A DNA stretch of 64,000 nucleotides from Octopus bimaculoides (Eukaryota): positions 37,496,108 to 37,560,107 of the forward strand of contig NC_069002.1 of the NCBI RefSeq assembly GCF_001194135.2, written 5' to 3'. Position numbers and translations under genes: made by a program. Shown in pieces: positions 38,521-51,699 of the stretch (within the stretch, counting starts at the first letter, position 1; each line of letters begins with the position of its first letter). A model generated the notes under the pieces. The model saw nothing but the letters and a program-made list of their open reading frames with translations. It did no database searches and was not told the DNA's origin.

Positions 38521-39604
38521 GTTAAAAAAAATTAATTAAAAAATCTGTGATTGAGATGGAATAGATCTTTTCCTAGTATTAAATATTTTTCGATCCTATC
38601 CTTAAACATTGTCTCTTTCTGAACGTTCCTAGTTATATATTTAGATTCTTGGACCTAATTAAAGTACACTATTTAGAGTCATCTTAGCGCTTGACGATAC
38701 CATTTTCTCTTTCTTTCACCTTGTTATAGACCTCCTTATTTCTTCCCTACAAAGTTAAAATAACTATTTCGTTCGAACCCCGTTAAAGTTCATTATCTCG
38801 TTTTTGATTGAATGTCCTTAAAATTCATTACCTTGACTCCTTTTATTCAATTAATGACACCACTCTTCTTCTTTCTTTCTTCCACCTTCTCTCCTTGAAC
38901 TTTCTGTCTGGACGTTCCTAAAGTTATATATTTCGATTTACTATATATAAGTGTGTATACACTATCTACACTCTTTCATTTTCTTTCTGAATCCATTTTT
39001 AGTGTATAACATCACCTTTCTCTCTTGGCCTCTCTCTCTGGATGTCCGTAAAGTTGCATTCTCTCCTTAAACAGTCTTTCTCTCTCTCATTCCACACTAT
39101 TTAGACTCTCTTACATTCCAATGGTGTGTTCACATCTCTGAGTAATATGTCCTGTAGCTCTTGGGCTTTTAACTTTCGACATCCAGTGGAAAAAATGCCT
39201 CTTATTTGTAAAACATATGGGGATTGGTGATTAGAAGGGCATCCAGCTACAAAATACTACATCAAAATGTCTTCACCCAACTCATACCAACATGGAAAAG
39301 TAGATATAAAATGAATGAACAAGTATTCTTCGTTAAAGCCTCACATTATAAAATGGATAAGAACGTGATTAGAAAACAGAACGTAAAGGAATATATTTAA
39401 ATATCTCCACAAAGTATTTAGTCTGCTACTATTCATGTTTACCAATTTAGCAAAAAGGTTAACAGTCTTCCACTTTCTCCAAGACAAACCTCCCACAGCA
39501 CAAACTGCCAATAACCTTACTCTGTACAAGACATGAGGAATATGTTTTATCGAGGGAAAGATAATGGAAGGACTGCAATGAATAGAACTCCAGGTGTTCC
39601 TGCA

Positions 39605-39830
39605 ATCAGTTGATTCTTTTACTTGCTTCAGTCATTTGACTGTGGCCATGCTGGAGCACTGCCTAGAAGGGTTTTAGTCAAAGAAATCAACCCCAGGACT
39701 TATTTTTTAAAACTAGTACTTATTCTTTTGGTCTCTTTTGCCAAACCTCTAAGTTACAGGGACATAAACACACCAACACCGGTTGTCAAGCAGTGATGGG
39801 GGACAAATACAGACACAAAAGCACACACAC
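39605..39830 (-). mobile_element. Family A SINE 3' half
   Basis: Reverse complement of the family A tail and internal segment. Confidence 0.8.
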
Positions 39831-40337
39831 ACACTGTCGTGATGCATGTCATCATGTGTATTTAGCGAATTAGAGAGAGATGCAAAGGTAGAAGCTATGA
39901 GTCAGTCAAGGTTTGGATGTCTGGACGAGAACCACCAGTCGAAGAGAAGAAATGAGAAAGAAGAAGAAGAACTCACTGCCGTTAAATGACAATTTCTACA
40001 ACAAACTTTTGGACAAATTTATACTCAAACAGATAAAAGAGCTGCTGCAATTGAATTCTGTATTTCTGCTCAGTTATTTATCTTCCTATCTTGATATCAA
40101 AATATTTATCTCCTTTGCGATTATAAATGAAGTTTCCACAAGACTATAGGCATCGCATAGTTGCTAGATAAATAACTGTGTTACTCGTAACGTGTTGTCT
40201 GCACCAATAAAAAAATTTGCACTTTTTGATTTTATTTATTAAACCTAATTAGATTGGAGCCTGGTGTAGCCATCCGGTTGCACCAGTCCTCAGTCAAATC
40301 GTCCAACCCATGCTAGCATGGAAAGCGGACGTTAAAC

Positions 40338-40370
<33 letters not shown>

Positions 40371-40548
40371 AGAGATTAAAATCAGTTCTTGAGAAAAACA
40401 AGCAGTAAAATTCCTCTTAACAAAAAATGCATAAAATTTTAATTTTCTTTTACAACCTAGATAATTTAAAAAATAGACAATAGAAAGTTTAAAAAAGAAG
40501 GTGGAAAATGTTGGATAACTATTTTTTAAAAAAGTAGAAAAAAAAAAA

Positions 40549-41285
40549 TTAATTTCTTGGTGAGAACATTTTGTGTTTTGTATTACTGACATTATTATCT
40601 AACTGTTTCCTTTTCAAGATAGAAGTCCGACCAAGAGATTGAGTGAAAGAAGTATGGCCTCCTAAGCCGTCATAACCACGTCGAATATTCTGCAGAATTG
40701 GCACCTGTGGTGAGCCATTGCAAGATGGAATAGGAATAACATTGGATGAACTCTTGCTGGTCAACTTTGGTTTCTTTTGGCATGCAGATGTAATTTTCCA
40801 AAAAAAATTAGGTTGTGAGTCATTTGAAATGCAATTGCTAACAACAGCAGCCTTCTTGGTTTTTAACTCTATTGATAATGAAGATGATTGAGGTGGAGTA
40901 GATGAATGTGGAACCTCTTCAAAATTTTCAGACTCTGGAATAATCTCATTATTCAGTTCGGATGTCAAGAGTCTTTTTTTAGGCTCAGATTTGGCAAGGT
41001 GTTTTCTCAAGGTTGCTATTTCAGCCTCACATCTTGTTAGTTCTTTTTCAGAATTCTTGCAGTGTTCTCTAAGCAGCTTCTCTTGGGTTTTCGTCTCATC
41101 AAGGGTCACTCGCATTGAAGCCAATTGCTTCAAAACCTTTTCCAGTTCAGAGCGCTGAGATTTCCTGCTCCGTTTGCACTGTTCATATTCTCGTTTAATG
41201 ATGGTACAGAGATTAACTAATCGCTCCACTGCCCCGGGTCCATTCATCACATCTTCCAACAGCAATTTACTTTCGGCTTCAGTCA
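40549..41285 (-). CDS. TRAIP: TRAIP coding exon 3
   Basis: TTTTAG| acceptor at 41286; MTEAESKLLLEDVMNG...GYDGLGG...MFSPRN*. Confidence 0.9.
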
Positions 41286-44200
41286 CTAAAATAAATTGAG
41301 AAAAAAAAAAGTTATACAGTAACAAGCAAAACCAATTTTCAATGTAAGCATAATTTTAGTTAATTAAAACTTCTTTTTGGGATCATGCCACAAATGTATT
41401 AATTTGCAATTAAGTATGCATTCTTAATACATAAGATACACTTGAGAAAATTTCCAATGGAGGGACATGCCCAAAGGGATATTTCAGTCACTTGCTTATA
41501 AGCTGTTTCAAGTATATCATGAATTAAGCACATACATTATAGAAACTGCCTCAGTTATGAGAGATCAGCTGGCTTGAAGTGATATAAAGACTTGGAGATA
41601 GGAACAGTGGAGCATAGTATGGGTGAATGGGTAGCTTTATGAATAGACGCTATCATACTTGATGTTCCTGGTTACTGATTTAGAACCAATTCAACCCATC
41701 ACATTCGCACAAGTAAGGGGTCAGTCGATCTAATAGGGGCAGAGATTGCAATGGTTGGAGCGAGGTTGAGTTTGGAGGCAAGAAAAAAAAAAGAAATGAC
41801 TGTCTGTCAGGGATGAAACTAGTTATTGTAAAGAGTTTAAGTTACTTGCAAAACATTTGAATTTTGTATCAGCAGCATTAATGTGGGATGAATACAAGAG
41901 CGAAGAAGAGTTGAGAACAATAACAGCAAGGGGCTGGATGAGAGAGAGAGACAATGTGTTCAAAGTGATTGGGAAAGTAGTGAGTGTAGCCGAGACAACA
42001 AAGGAAGAGAGATTTGTGTCTCAAAGTCAAAAAAGGATGTAAGGTTTGTGTTAGGAGGTGATGTTGAAGAGGAGCAAACTTATGACATTGTGTCAGTTCG
42101 TACAAGCAACACAGCTGGATTTCAGTGGTCTTAGGAGGAACCCTCAAAATACTCTGCTTTTACCATTGTTCGTTTTCTACAACAGTTCTCTCTTCTACTC
42201 ACTCTGATGATTATCTGACTTCATCTGAATGGAAACAATATCAGATGAGTAAGGACTCATTATGTCTTGCAATCTACAAGTGCTGATGCAACAATAAAAT
42301 GCATCTGGAACATTCTGTTAAGTGGCTGAGAAATAAGCAGAAACATAGGGTCAAGAAAACCTTTAGTTATGTCTCATCAAGGACATCCTTTTTTTTTTTT
42401 GTATTGGGGCCTCAATAAAGCACACCATGCACACTTTATAAGTGTTTGTGTTCAGAAGAGCATTCAACCATAGGAATCCTGCTAAAACAACATGAATGAC
42501 ATGTGGTCCTCCTATCTATCTGCAAATTGTAGGAACTACAGATAAAAACTGACTCAAATCATAATTAACTATCCAGCCCATGGCATCCATGAATGTAGGT
42601 ATAAAATGATAATGATGATACAGCAAAGTGGATTGGCTATTTGGGAGTTAAGTTGGTTATAGACATAATAAGTATCAGCACAAAATGCCTCAAAAAGTCA
42701 TCTTAAATAGTTATCTCCAGCCCCATCTACTTGGATATGAGCAATCTTTTACTTTTGCATAGTTTGGTCAGAGCTCATGTCCCCTTTTTCAGGGTTTCTG
42801 AGCCTTGAGGAAGGAAAAGAATTACAACTCACATATTGTTTAAATATGGGGCAGTACAAGATATCAAGCTACCTTACCTTAGACACGAGACCTCATCTCA
42901 ATGCTTGCAACAAAAGTAAGCAGACACTACTAAAGCCACTCAAAGATCAGGTGATAGTGTTAAACCAGACAACAGCAATTAAGTCTACCAACAAAGAACA
43001 TGTAGAGTCCATTCCACAGACTTTCACAAAATTTCATTGTACTTAAAAAAAAAACCCCACTACACAAATGTCCAGAAAGGTAACCTAAAGTTCCTCCAGA
43101 CCATTCATAGTTTCCACTCATTTGTTAACCACTTTAGAGTGTACTGGTACAATTTACTATGGCATCTGCACTGGTGATGTTAGTCACATTGACAGGTCCT
43201 CCCAACCCTGCATTGTCTGAATTCTTTCTTTCACTAACAACAGTCTGCATTTTGTCATGGCACTGGCACTAGTGAGACAGCCTTATTCAATAGTCTCCCT
43301 TTGTTCAATGCAACCACAACCACACACAAAAAGGAAATAGCAATGAGAAAAGGACAAACAAAAGTGAGGAGGTGAAAGGAGAAAAGAATGTATAAAAAGC
43401 AAAATCTTTTGAAAATCTATTTGAAACTCACTTTGAACTAGTTTCTTGATTTGTGCAAAACTTTCAACTCTATTCTTCAGCTCTACGCGTTCCTTGTCTT
43501 TGTCAATCCAATTCTGTTCACAGTTCTGGTAGTACTGAATCTGTTTGTTTTTTGCCTTCATGGAAGACATCATCACCTGGACCTCAGCTAGTGCATTCTG
43601 GTGGGCAAGAGAGAGAGCTTCTTTTTCATCACAGACATTCTGAAAGTCCTTCTCTAACTGTTTATTCTTCTGTTCAAACTCAGCCAACTTGGCATGCATG
43701 CTGTTTAATTCATTGAGCAGTCTGTTAAAAAATATAACACACATTTTATTTGCCACAAGAGCTAGACATAAATAATAATTTTTAACATGGCCACAAGACC
43801 TGAAATTTTGAGAAGAGGGGGTTAACCCATTCGTTACCAACCTGGCTGAAACTGGCTCTGGCTCTGAGTGCAAATGTCTTGTTTTCATAAGTTTTGAATT
43901 AAAATCTTCCACCAAACCTTAGGCGCAATTTATGTTCCTAACATAAGCTGAATGATAACTAAGTTATTTTACTAAATTCTTTGTCATATACTCTTTTACT
44001 CGTTTCAGTCATTTGAATGCGGCCATGCTGGAGCACTGCCTTTAGTCAAGAAAATAATTGAAAGAAACACAGAGCATCTCAAAATAAATACAGTAACAAA
44101 AGGGTTAATCAATATCAACCTCAGTACTTGAAGGGGGTACTTTACTTTATCGATCTTGTGGGTGTGCAGATCATGGTGTGTGTTGTGCATGCTGGGAAGT

Positions 44201-45092
44201 GATCAGTGCTAGCATGTGGTGTGATGTGGGGATGTGAGGCTGGGGTGTGGGTTTGGGGTTAGGATATGGGGTGGGGTGTGAATGGAAGGGGGTATCAATG
44301 AAGAGAGAAGGTGGGTAAGAGTGAAAAGAGGAAGTAGGTATCGGGGCAAGAGAAGAGGAGAGGAGTTTTGTTTAGCATGGACCAAATTCCTAATTTCTCT
44401 TGAAACTAACAGAAGATCAAGTCTGTATTGAATTCTATGTCCATGCAGGTGTTGTGTCAGTGATGGCTCCATCCAGAGACCTATATAAATCCTGCTCATC
44501 ACAATTGTTTGTAAATGTTCAAGTAAATCAGAGAAAATCAAAACAAAGAAATTTGTATATCTAGTCCATTTGTATTTGATTTTCACCAATTTATACATCT
44601 CTTCCACCCATTTCTATATATCTGTTCCACTCGTTTGCACATCTGTTCTACCAATTTAGATGTTTTTCAATGCTACCAAATCTGAAAAAATTTTTAATCA
44701 CTAAGTTGGTCCTTCACATATTCTTAAAGTTCCGAGTTATTTTATTGTTGAGGTTCTTCTTTCTGTTGTCAACCACACAGCAAGGTATTGAATACCCAAC
44801 AACCATACATTCTCCACGGTCACAAAGTGTTAGATGAAAAGAAAACTTATTCTCACCTTGGAGTAGATGTTTCTTCAGTTTCCAATGCTAAATTATCAAA
44901 GTCAAAATATAACTTTATGGCAACATCTTTCTTTGACCAGCGTTTCCGGCAGGTTGGGCATGTTCTGGAAGTTTCCAACCATGTACCCAAACAGGCAGAG
45001 TGGAACGTATGACCACAAATGCCTGCAGCAATGTCCCATTCACCACCAGTTGACACAAATCGGTCCGAACAGATAACACAGTAAGCATTCAT
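40549..45092 (-). CDS. TRAIP: E3 ubiquitin ligase TRAIP (RING + coiled coil), 3 coding exons, 420 aa
   Basis: complement(join(40549..41285,43432..43721,44857..45092)), 1263 nt, with consistent phases (AG|A, A|TG). N-terminal RING CVICSD...CGHTFHSACL...SRTCPTCR, KLYFD, GPGAVERLVNLCTIIKREYEQ and the C-terminal RRGYDGLGGHTSF all match TRAIP. Confidence 0.93.
43432..43721 (-). CDS. TRAIP: TRAIP coding exon 2 (coiled coil)
   Basis: AACAG| acceptor at 43722; LLNELNSMHAKL...SFAQIKKLVQ; donor |GTGAGT at 43431. Confidence 0.9.
44857..45092 (-). CDS. TRAIP: TRAIP coding exon 1 (RING)
   Basis: Acceptor TTTCAG| at 45100, ATG at 45092, donor AG|GTGAGA at 44856. Confidence 0.93.
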
Positions 45093-45779
45093 TTAAACAC
45101 TGAAATGGAAGAAAATCACATATTTAACACAAGGAAAAAAGCGAAAACTAATGCATGTGAATTTTAATTTCTGGAAAAAATTAATTTTTCTCCTAGTTTT
45201 TTTAATGAAATTCTCTTTGTTTTGGCATAGCTACAGATGTGTACCCCACCCGAATTTGTTGCCTCATAACTTCCAGAAAAATGAATATCTTTTGATGAAT
45301 TTTTATACAAATTATTTTCAAGCATAAATTATGATTTTTCTATTACTCAAACGAAAATAAATGGTAAACTTTCAAATAAATGAATCTATTTTTTCCATTA
45401 CACTCAAGCAACTTCGAAAGTCCTTTGCCCAACACATTTCGGTAGAAGTAAAGAATACGTACACCTTGGGGTTTCGGGGGGGAAACGGGTGGTGTGGACG
45501 TATTCTTTACCTCCGCTCAAATTTCTTTATAATCGGTTCATTGCCGCACATTTTTGTTCTCATATTCGTTTAATACACATTTTTTCACACCCATTACACT
45601 TGTTTTTTTTTTATTATTCTGGTGACAGGGAGTTAAAGTAAACATTAACCCGTTTTTTTTTTTTTGTGATAAAAATCGGAAGTTGTCAATAAAGAATAAT
45701 GAACTTTCTCTCCTTCAAATAAATAAATGATTGGTATTGGAGATCACAGAGATTTCAGAATAACTGAAGTGTCACTCAC

Positions 45780-45960
45780 CAGTATGTGTACCTCTCTTCA
45801 AACATACGGGTTTATATATTCTAAACGTGTCAGCGATCTTTCACAATGTTAGCAACGGATCATCAAACCTTCTCTCCATCAATAAACAAAATTTCGTAAA
45901 TGGCGCCATTCTACGACTGGTGGCAAATTAGGAAAATGGACAGACTTCAAGGGAAATAAC
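45780..45960 (-). promoter_or_regulatory. Probable TRAIP non-coding first exon / bidirectional promoter
   Basis: A G|GTGAGT donor on - at 45779 could splice to the 45100 acceptor. The region is CpG-rich and has a perfect palindrome AATGGCGCCATT at 45899-45910 (YY1-like ATGGCG on both strands). Confidence 0.5.
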
Positions 45961-46689
45961 TGCCTGCCTTATACTCTTCGAGCATTATTTTATTTCTTTG
46001 CTGAACTTTTCTTCGCCTATTTTTTTTTTTTGTTCCTTCTAAATTTTTTCCCTCTTTCTTTTTATCCTTTTTTTTCTCTTTTTCATCTTTACCTCACCGA
46101 ATTCTCTACCCCTTTGTATTTTTCTCTCTCTCTCCCCCCCCTGCCTCATGTCCTTTGTCGCTTTATCTCACTACAATTCTTTGATGTACGGATGTCTCTT
46201 CATGCTGACCTCCGATGTCATCCCATCAACAAAAAATAGTCTTATGGCGATAGAAAAGTGATGGCATGGACAGACAACCAGTTGCAAGTGCACAGTAAGT
46301 TACAACTTTCGTCTGTCACCTAAGTTTCAAACGATACAGATCTACAACGGGATTCAATAGTATATATATATATATATTCAATAGTATATATATATATACT
46401 AGACTACCCGTGACCCGTTGTGTCACCAATTATTCAAGATACCGGGAAAGTCTGAGTTTCCCAACAACCGAGTTTTGTTTCATGGGTTTTTTTTCTTTTC
46501 CAGGTTATTTTGCATGCTTTCAACGAATGTGACATCGAAATCACACGTATACGGCTCGTTTCCCCAGAAAAGGAAATATTTGGCTGCTATTTCTTGCACG
46601 CCTTGCAACCACATAACAGGTATTCAAGTCCTTTATTGCTAATAGCTGTTACATAGTAGCAGGGTGAGCTAGAAATAGCAGTCAAATCT

Positions 46690-47041
46690 TTGGAGGTAAG
46701 ATACGTTGAATGCACTCAAAAGAAACCTATGGGGTACAAGTCTGGGCAGAAAGTCGCCTCACTGGCAAACGCACGACCTAGGGTTGATTTTATGGAAGAC
46801 CAGCAGTCCACCCGTGCATACCAGCCTCCCCTCTCCACACCACTGATGTTATCCAAGGGAAAGGCAAAGGCTGATACAGCTTGGCACCACTGACGTTGCA
46901 GCTCGTTTCTACAGCTGAGTGGACTGGAGCAACGTGAAATAAAGTGACTTGCTCAAAAGCACAACACACAGCCCACTCTGGAAATCGAACTCATAACCTC
47001 ACGATTGTAAGCCCAATGCTCTTACCACTGAGCCATGTGCC

Positions 47042-47045
<4 letters not shown>
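46690..47045 (-). mobile_element. tRNA-derived SINE (family D)
   Basis: On -: GAAGGCACATGGCTCAGTGGTAAGAGC (A-box), GAGTTCGATTTCC (B-box), then a long non-tRNA body. Confidence 0.8.
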
Positions 47046-47086
<41 letters not shown>

Positions 47087-47527
47087 GATGGTGCTGTGTT
47101 GATAAAACATGTAATGATTAACTCCGGAAAAAGTATTTTAGAACATCCAAGAGATCAATGTAATTATAAGTAAGTGGTCTCTGGTTTAAATATAACTCAA
47201 AAGTGCGACCAGTAACACCATATTTAAAAAGAATATTTCACTTTTGATCGAACTATACGTGGTTACAAGGAAAATCTATCCAACGTCAAGATATCAAGTC
47301 CTATCCAACATATGTTTGCCGAAACCACTCGTTGACTTGGATATAAAAATAAAAATACAGTAGCTGCATCAGTCACATATCTCACATTTCTTTGCTAGAT
47401 TACATTCTCAAAAACTGCGACTTGTTGGTCAAAACATAAAATATTAAAACTACTCACTTTCCCTTTCTGGTTATTTGTAAATCTGTTTATAATAAATGAC
47501 TTTTTGTTTCTTTTTTCTTCATTGCAG

Positions 47528-47935
47528 AGCTGTACATATTTTACCAAACCAATTTCTTGGAGTGCTTGGGCAACATGCTGACTTTCTAGTGGAGAACTTG
47601 AGTTTGTCTTGAGACAAAAAGTTCCTGGCTAGTTGTTTTCATGACCAGGCTGTCAGATGTTGAGGTGAACATCTTGGAAAAAGCCAAGAAATCGAGTCGT
47701 ATTGAATCCCTTGAGCAAAGAAGACAACTTCTTTGCTGATTTTGGGAATGAGCTTTCTGTTAATCCTGACAGTGACAACGAATCAGAGAGTTTCACTGAT
47801 ATGAGTGACATCGAGAATGTTAGCAGTGAAAATGAGCAGAGCAAAAAGAGAAGAGCCAGAGAGACAGATGAAGAAGAGTCTATAGAAATTTCAGACAGCA
47901 ATGAAGATGACGTTAGTGATTTGATTGTGATTTGA
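47528..47935 (+). pseudogene. WDR55: WDR55 (Jip5-like) last-exon remnant, disrupted
   Basis: After a polypyrimidine tract and TTGCAG| acceptor it reads AVHILPNQFLGVLGQHADFLVENLSLS*DKKFLASCFHDQAVR (human AVNILPNRVVGSVGQH...VEELALSHCGRFLASSGHDQ). There is an in-frame TGA at 47610, a second TGA at 47661 with a frameshift, then an acidic tail NPLSKEDNFFADF...DSDNESES. Confidence 0.82.
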
Positions 47936-47994
47936 TTTGATTTTCATTTACTCGACTCAATAGGTCTCCTCAAGCACAGTATGTTACCTGATGA

Positions 47995-48225
47995 TTCAAA
48001 GGTACTTTCTAAATGGGTTGGTTATGCGACACTGGTTTAGGTTACGGCTGTGGTCTCACTTTCCTTGCCAGCATATCTCAATCACAGCATATCTCCAGAG
48101 GTCTTGGTCTTTCGTCATTGCCTCTGTGAGGCCCAACGTTCAAAGGTCGTGCTTCACCACCTCATCCCATGTCTTCCTGAGTCTCTCTCTCTTCCACAGG
48201 TTCCTTCCACTGTCAGGTAGTGACA
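47995..48225 (-). mobile_element. RTE LINE 3' end fragment
   Basis: The minus strand reads RKTWDEVVKHDL*TLGLTEAMTKDQDLWRYAV. Confidence 0.75.
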
Positions 48226-49269
48226 CTACTATACTATGCAGTCGACAAAATCAAAGACAATGCGTATGCGCGAAATTAAAAATATAAAATGCCAACAATT
48301 TTACCCATGGCAGCCTGCATATATATCATGATGGTGGTAGATCCAAAGACGATGAAGAAAAATGAGAAATCATTAAATGGCCATGTATATTGATCCTTGA
48401 GCAGCAGGCTGTGGCACACTCGGGGCAAATATGTAGGCTTTTGGTCAGATTGAAGTTGTGATGATGACTCTTTCCTTCTTTAGCTTTTCTCATCTCCTGC
48501 AGTTGCCTCAGTCTCCTCAGAATAACTTACAGTAGTCTTGATTTGATCTCACTACACTTTCCTCTGTGTTGTGACTTCACACACACACACATTATCTATA
48601 CTTATTTGTATAGTTTTATAAATTTAGTTTCATAACATCCATTTCATATTCCCAAATGTTTTTGCATTAAAAAACCTTCTAAGGTTGAGTGGAAGAGTAT
48701 AGCTTGGGATCGTTTTTACCGAATGTCTCAAAACACCATTCTGTCAACAAATCTCAGAAGTGACATAAAAAGACAAATAGAAAAGAAAACCTGAGATGGA
48801 AAAGCACAAAAAAGAAGAGTTGTGTCCCTTGGATTGATCTCTAATTGTCCTGCACCTCTGCATTCGAGTGCAATGCCGCCCATTATTTATTTTTTATCTT
48901 TGTAAATGTGAAACGAAGAGAGGGTAAGGACAAAGTGGAGAGAGCATGGGAGAAAGAGAGATGTGTGGGTGTGTCCATATATGGGAGCATGTAGGTAGTG
49001 GACATGAAGGAGATAAAACTTTTGGGGGCCACTCTAGTATCTGGGCTACCTAGTGTGCCATCTAACCCTAACTCAAATCCTAAACCTTAACTCTAACTAT
49101 AACTCTAAACTTTAGCCCTTACTCTAAATCCTAACCGAATTCAGGTTATTTTACAGTGTAGACTACAGATACTGTGGTAGATCACACACTAAAGTAGCAC
49201 CAACCCTTTTTATGCTGAAATGACTTCTAATGAGGCAAAAACTAACCCTTACTGCTTAAATGGAACTGA

Positions 49270-49600
49270 CTAGTTGGTTGATATATATTTCCAGTCATGA
49301 GGACAAGAGGTAAATATTTTGCTTTTAGAGTTCAGGCAGTTCCCTGGGTAGAAGAAATTCCACATTATGATCCTTTTCTCCTCTAAGCAAAAGTTGCACC
49401 TCATACTGCTGATGAGGAAAGGTCTGCATTTTTGCAACACTCTCCAGTTGATGTTATATTGTGCAGCATTTTCTTTCAATATCCATAAATGTCTCACCAA
49501 TGTTAAGTCTAGACTTGAAGGGGTCTTCTGTTGCTTCTACATATCTTTTCACTTGTGTTTCCCAGCTACGACATATCCTTTAGTATTTGTTTTACTTGTT
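49270..49600 (-). mobile_element. Penelope-like element GIY-YIG endonuclease C-terminal fragment
   Basis: RHLWILKENAAQYNINWRVLQKCRPFLISSMRCNFCLEEK...LNSKSKIFTSCPH. Confidence 0.8.
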
Positions 49601-49844
49601 ACAGTCTGTGGACTGTAGCCATGCTGGAGCACCACCTTGAAGGGTCTAGTCAAATAAATTCATCTCAGTATTTATCTTCTTAAAGTCTTCTACTCATTCT
49701 ATCAGTCTGTTTTGCTGAACTGCTAAGTTATAGGATGTAAAGAAACTAACACCAGTTGTGAAGGGGTGGGGAACAAACACAAACAGAAAGACACACACAC
49801 ACACATCATCATATTATTATATTTTATATATATATTATATGCAG

Positions 49845-49984
49845 CAGTGGCTGTGTACTAAGAAGCTTGCTTCCCAACCTGGTTAAGTCCCACTGCGTGG
49901 CACCTTGGGCAACTGTCTTCTTCTATAGCCTCAGGCCATCCAAAGCCTTGTGAGTGGATTTGATAGATGGAAACTGAAAGAAGT

Positions 49985-50031
<47 letters not shown>

Positions 50032-50225
50032 TTGTGCTTGTCCCTCCACCATCGCTTGGCAACCGATGTTGGTGTGTTTACATCCCCGTAACTTTGTAGG
50101 TCGCCAAAAGAGACCAAAAGAATAAGTACTAGGCTTACAATGAAAATATCCTGGGGTCGATTTCTTTTATTAAAGGCAGTACTCCAGCATGGCCACAGTC
50201 AAATGACTGAAACAAGTAAAAGAAT
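49845..50225 (+). mobile_element. Family A SINE
   Basis: Full head, CORE-like segment, internal (AT)n(GT)n and tail. Confidence 0.88.
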
Positions 50226-50437
50226 ATATATTTTAAGGCCCACATTTCCATACTTCAATGGGTTGGATGGAAATTTGTTGTGGCAGATTCTCTATGGTTG
50301 GATGCCCTTCCTACAGTGGCCCAGCAACAAAATTTGTTAAGGGGGTGCAAACCCAGGTCCAAATTTTTTTAATGAAAAATGTGGATTTTTTTCAATGTTA
50401 ACATTAAAATAAATGCAGATAATAATCTTTATTATTA

Positions 50438-50910
50438 TGAAGGTCTGCTGAAATGTTCATAGGCTGAGCAAGACACTCTCATGGAACGTGACCTAATGAA
50501 GTTCATTTTTTTAACATAGTTCCTTTTACTGTCCACTTCCATAAGTAGTTGCAGTGCTTGGATCGCACTGGTGAAGAAGCTATCCTGTTGGTCAAAATGG
50601 TCATCAACAGCGGATAAGGTGTCACCATCACAGAGATTCTGGTGTCCAGCTGAGTGTTTTTCTATGTTGGGGAACAGATGATAACCAGATGGAACCCAAT
50701 CACTAATATAGGGAGGGGTGATCGACCAGTTGAAAGTCAGCAGCCATTGAAAGCAAGGACTTGTGTGCTGAAGCATTGTCCTAATGAAACAAGACCCCAT
50801 TCATCAGTTTTTCTGGGTGTTTGGTCTTGATAGCCTTTCATAACTGCCTCAGCAAGTTGGCATTGAACTTTCCATTGATGGTGAGACCATTTTGAAGATA
50901 ATCAATTAAC
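50438..50910 (-). mobile_element. Mariner (irritans-like) 3' fragment
   Basis: ITPPYISDWVPSGYHLFPNIEKHSAG...QDSFFTSAIQAL (degenerate HPPYSPDLAPSDY motif). Terminal TA-TGAAGGTCTGCTGAAA at 50436. Confidence 0.8.
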
Positions 50911-51699
50911 ACAATATTTTTTGCATTAACGTATAGTATATGTAATAATGTGAAATTTATTTTGCATATTAAAATGTTTAATTTTGGAAATATATCAAGC
51001 GTAGCAAACATAAACAGTAAAAATACAAATTACAAGTATTTCAAAATGTGGGACACTACATGACGTAAACTAACAAAAACAGGAAGAAAATAATGGTGCT
51101 TATGTTCCAGAGGTACAAATGAGAAGGATAAAATGATGGGATAGAAGTGAAGAAAGATAGAAGGAAAGAAAAGAATGAAAAGTGTGGGGTCTGAAGTGAG
51201 TGCTAAGCTGGAGATGAAACAAAATACACGTCTTATCTATGCACTGGTCAAGTAGAAAAAGGATGAGTGATAAAAAATTGGATGGTCTTTTGGTACAAAA
51301 AAGCAAGAAAGAGAGAGACAGTGGAGTAGAGAAGTTTGGAGAAGAGCAAGTATGAAGAAAGAAGGAGTGCAGAGAAAAAAGGGAATAAAGATAAAGAGTA
51401 GGTAGTTGACAGAGATGGGGAGAGGAAGAAATGGAAGATAGTAAAGAGAGAAATAGATGGGGAAGGTTTTGTGCAGAAAAGGGGAGAGGAGAAGGACAGA
51501 GAAATGGATAGAAAAGAGAGAAAATCTTGCACCACATATTGAACACTGAGTGGGGGGGGGTGACGTTACATTGATTAACAACCATAAAATGTTGCACAGA
51601 AAGTCAACACACACGTATGTATATATATATATAATGATGAAGGAAATTGTTGTATACAGTGCTCAGGTGCACTACAACAACAACAAAAAAAAAAGAAAA

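Noticed and set aside
44220-44400. G-rich, G-quadruplex-like tract in TRAIP intron (also GA-rich 51100-51540)
   Set aside because: This is irregular low-complexity sequence common in this genome, with no evidence of function.
47610-47612. TGA as selenocysteine or edited readthrough
   Set aside because: A second stop and a frameshift follow within 50 nt; the TGA is likely CGA deamination.
47702-47935. Acidic ORF as a piggyBac N-terminus or independent gene
   Set aside because: It is better explained as the frameshifted acidic tail of the WDR55 remnant.
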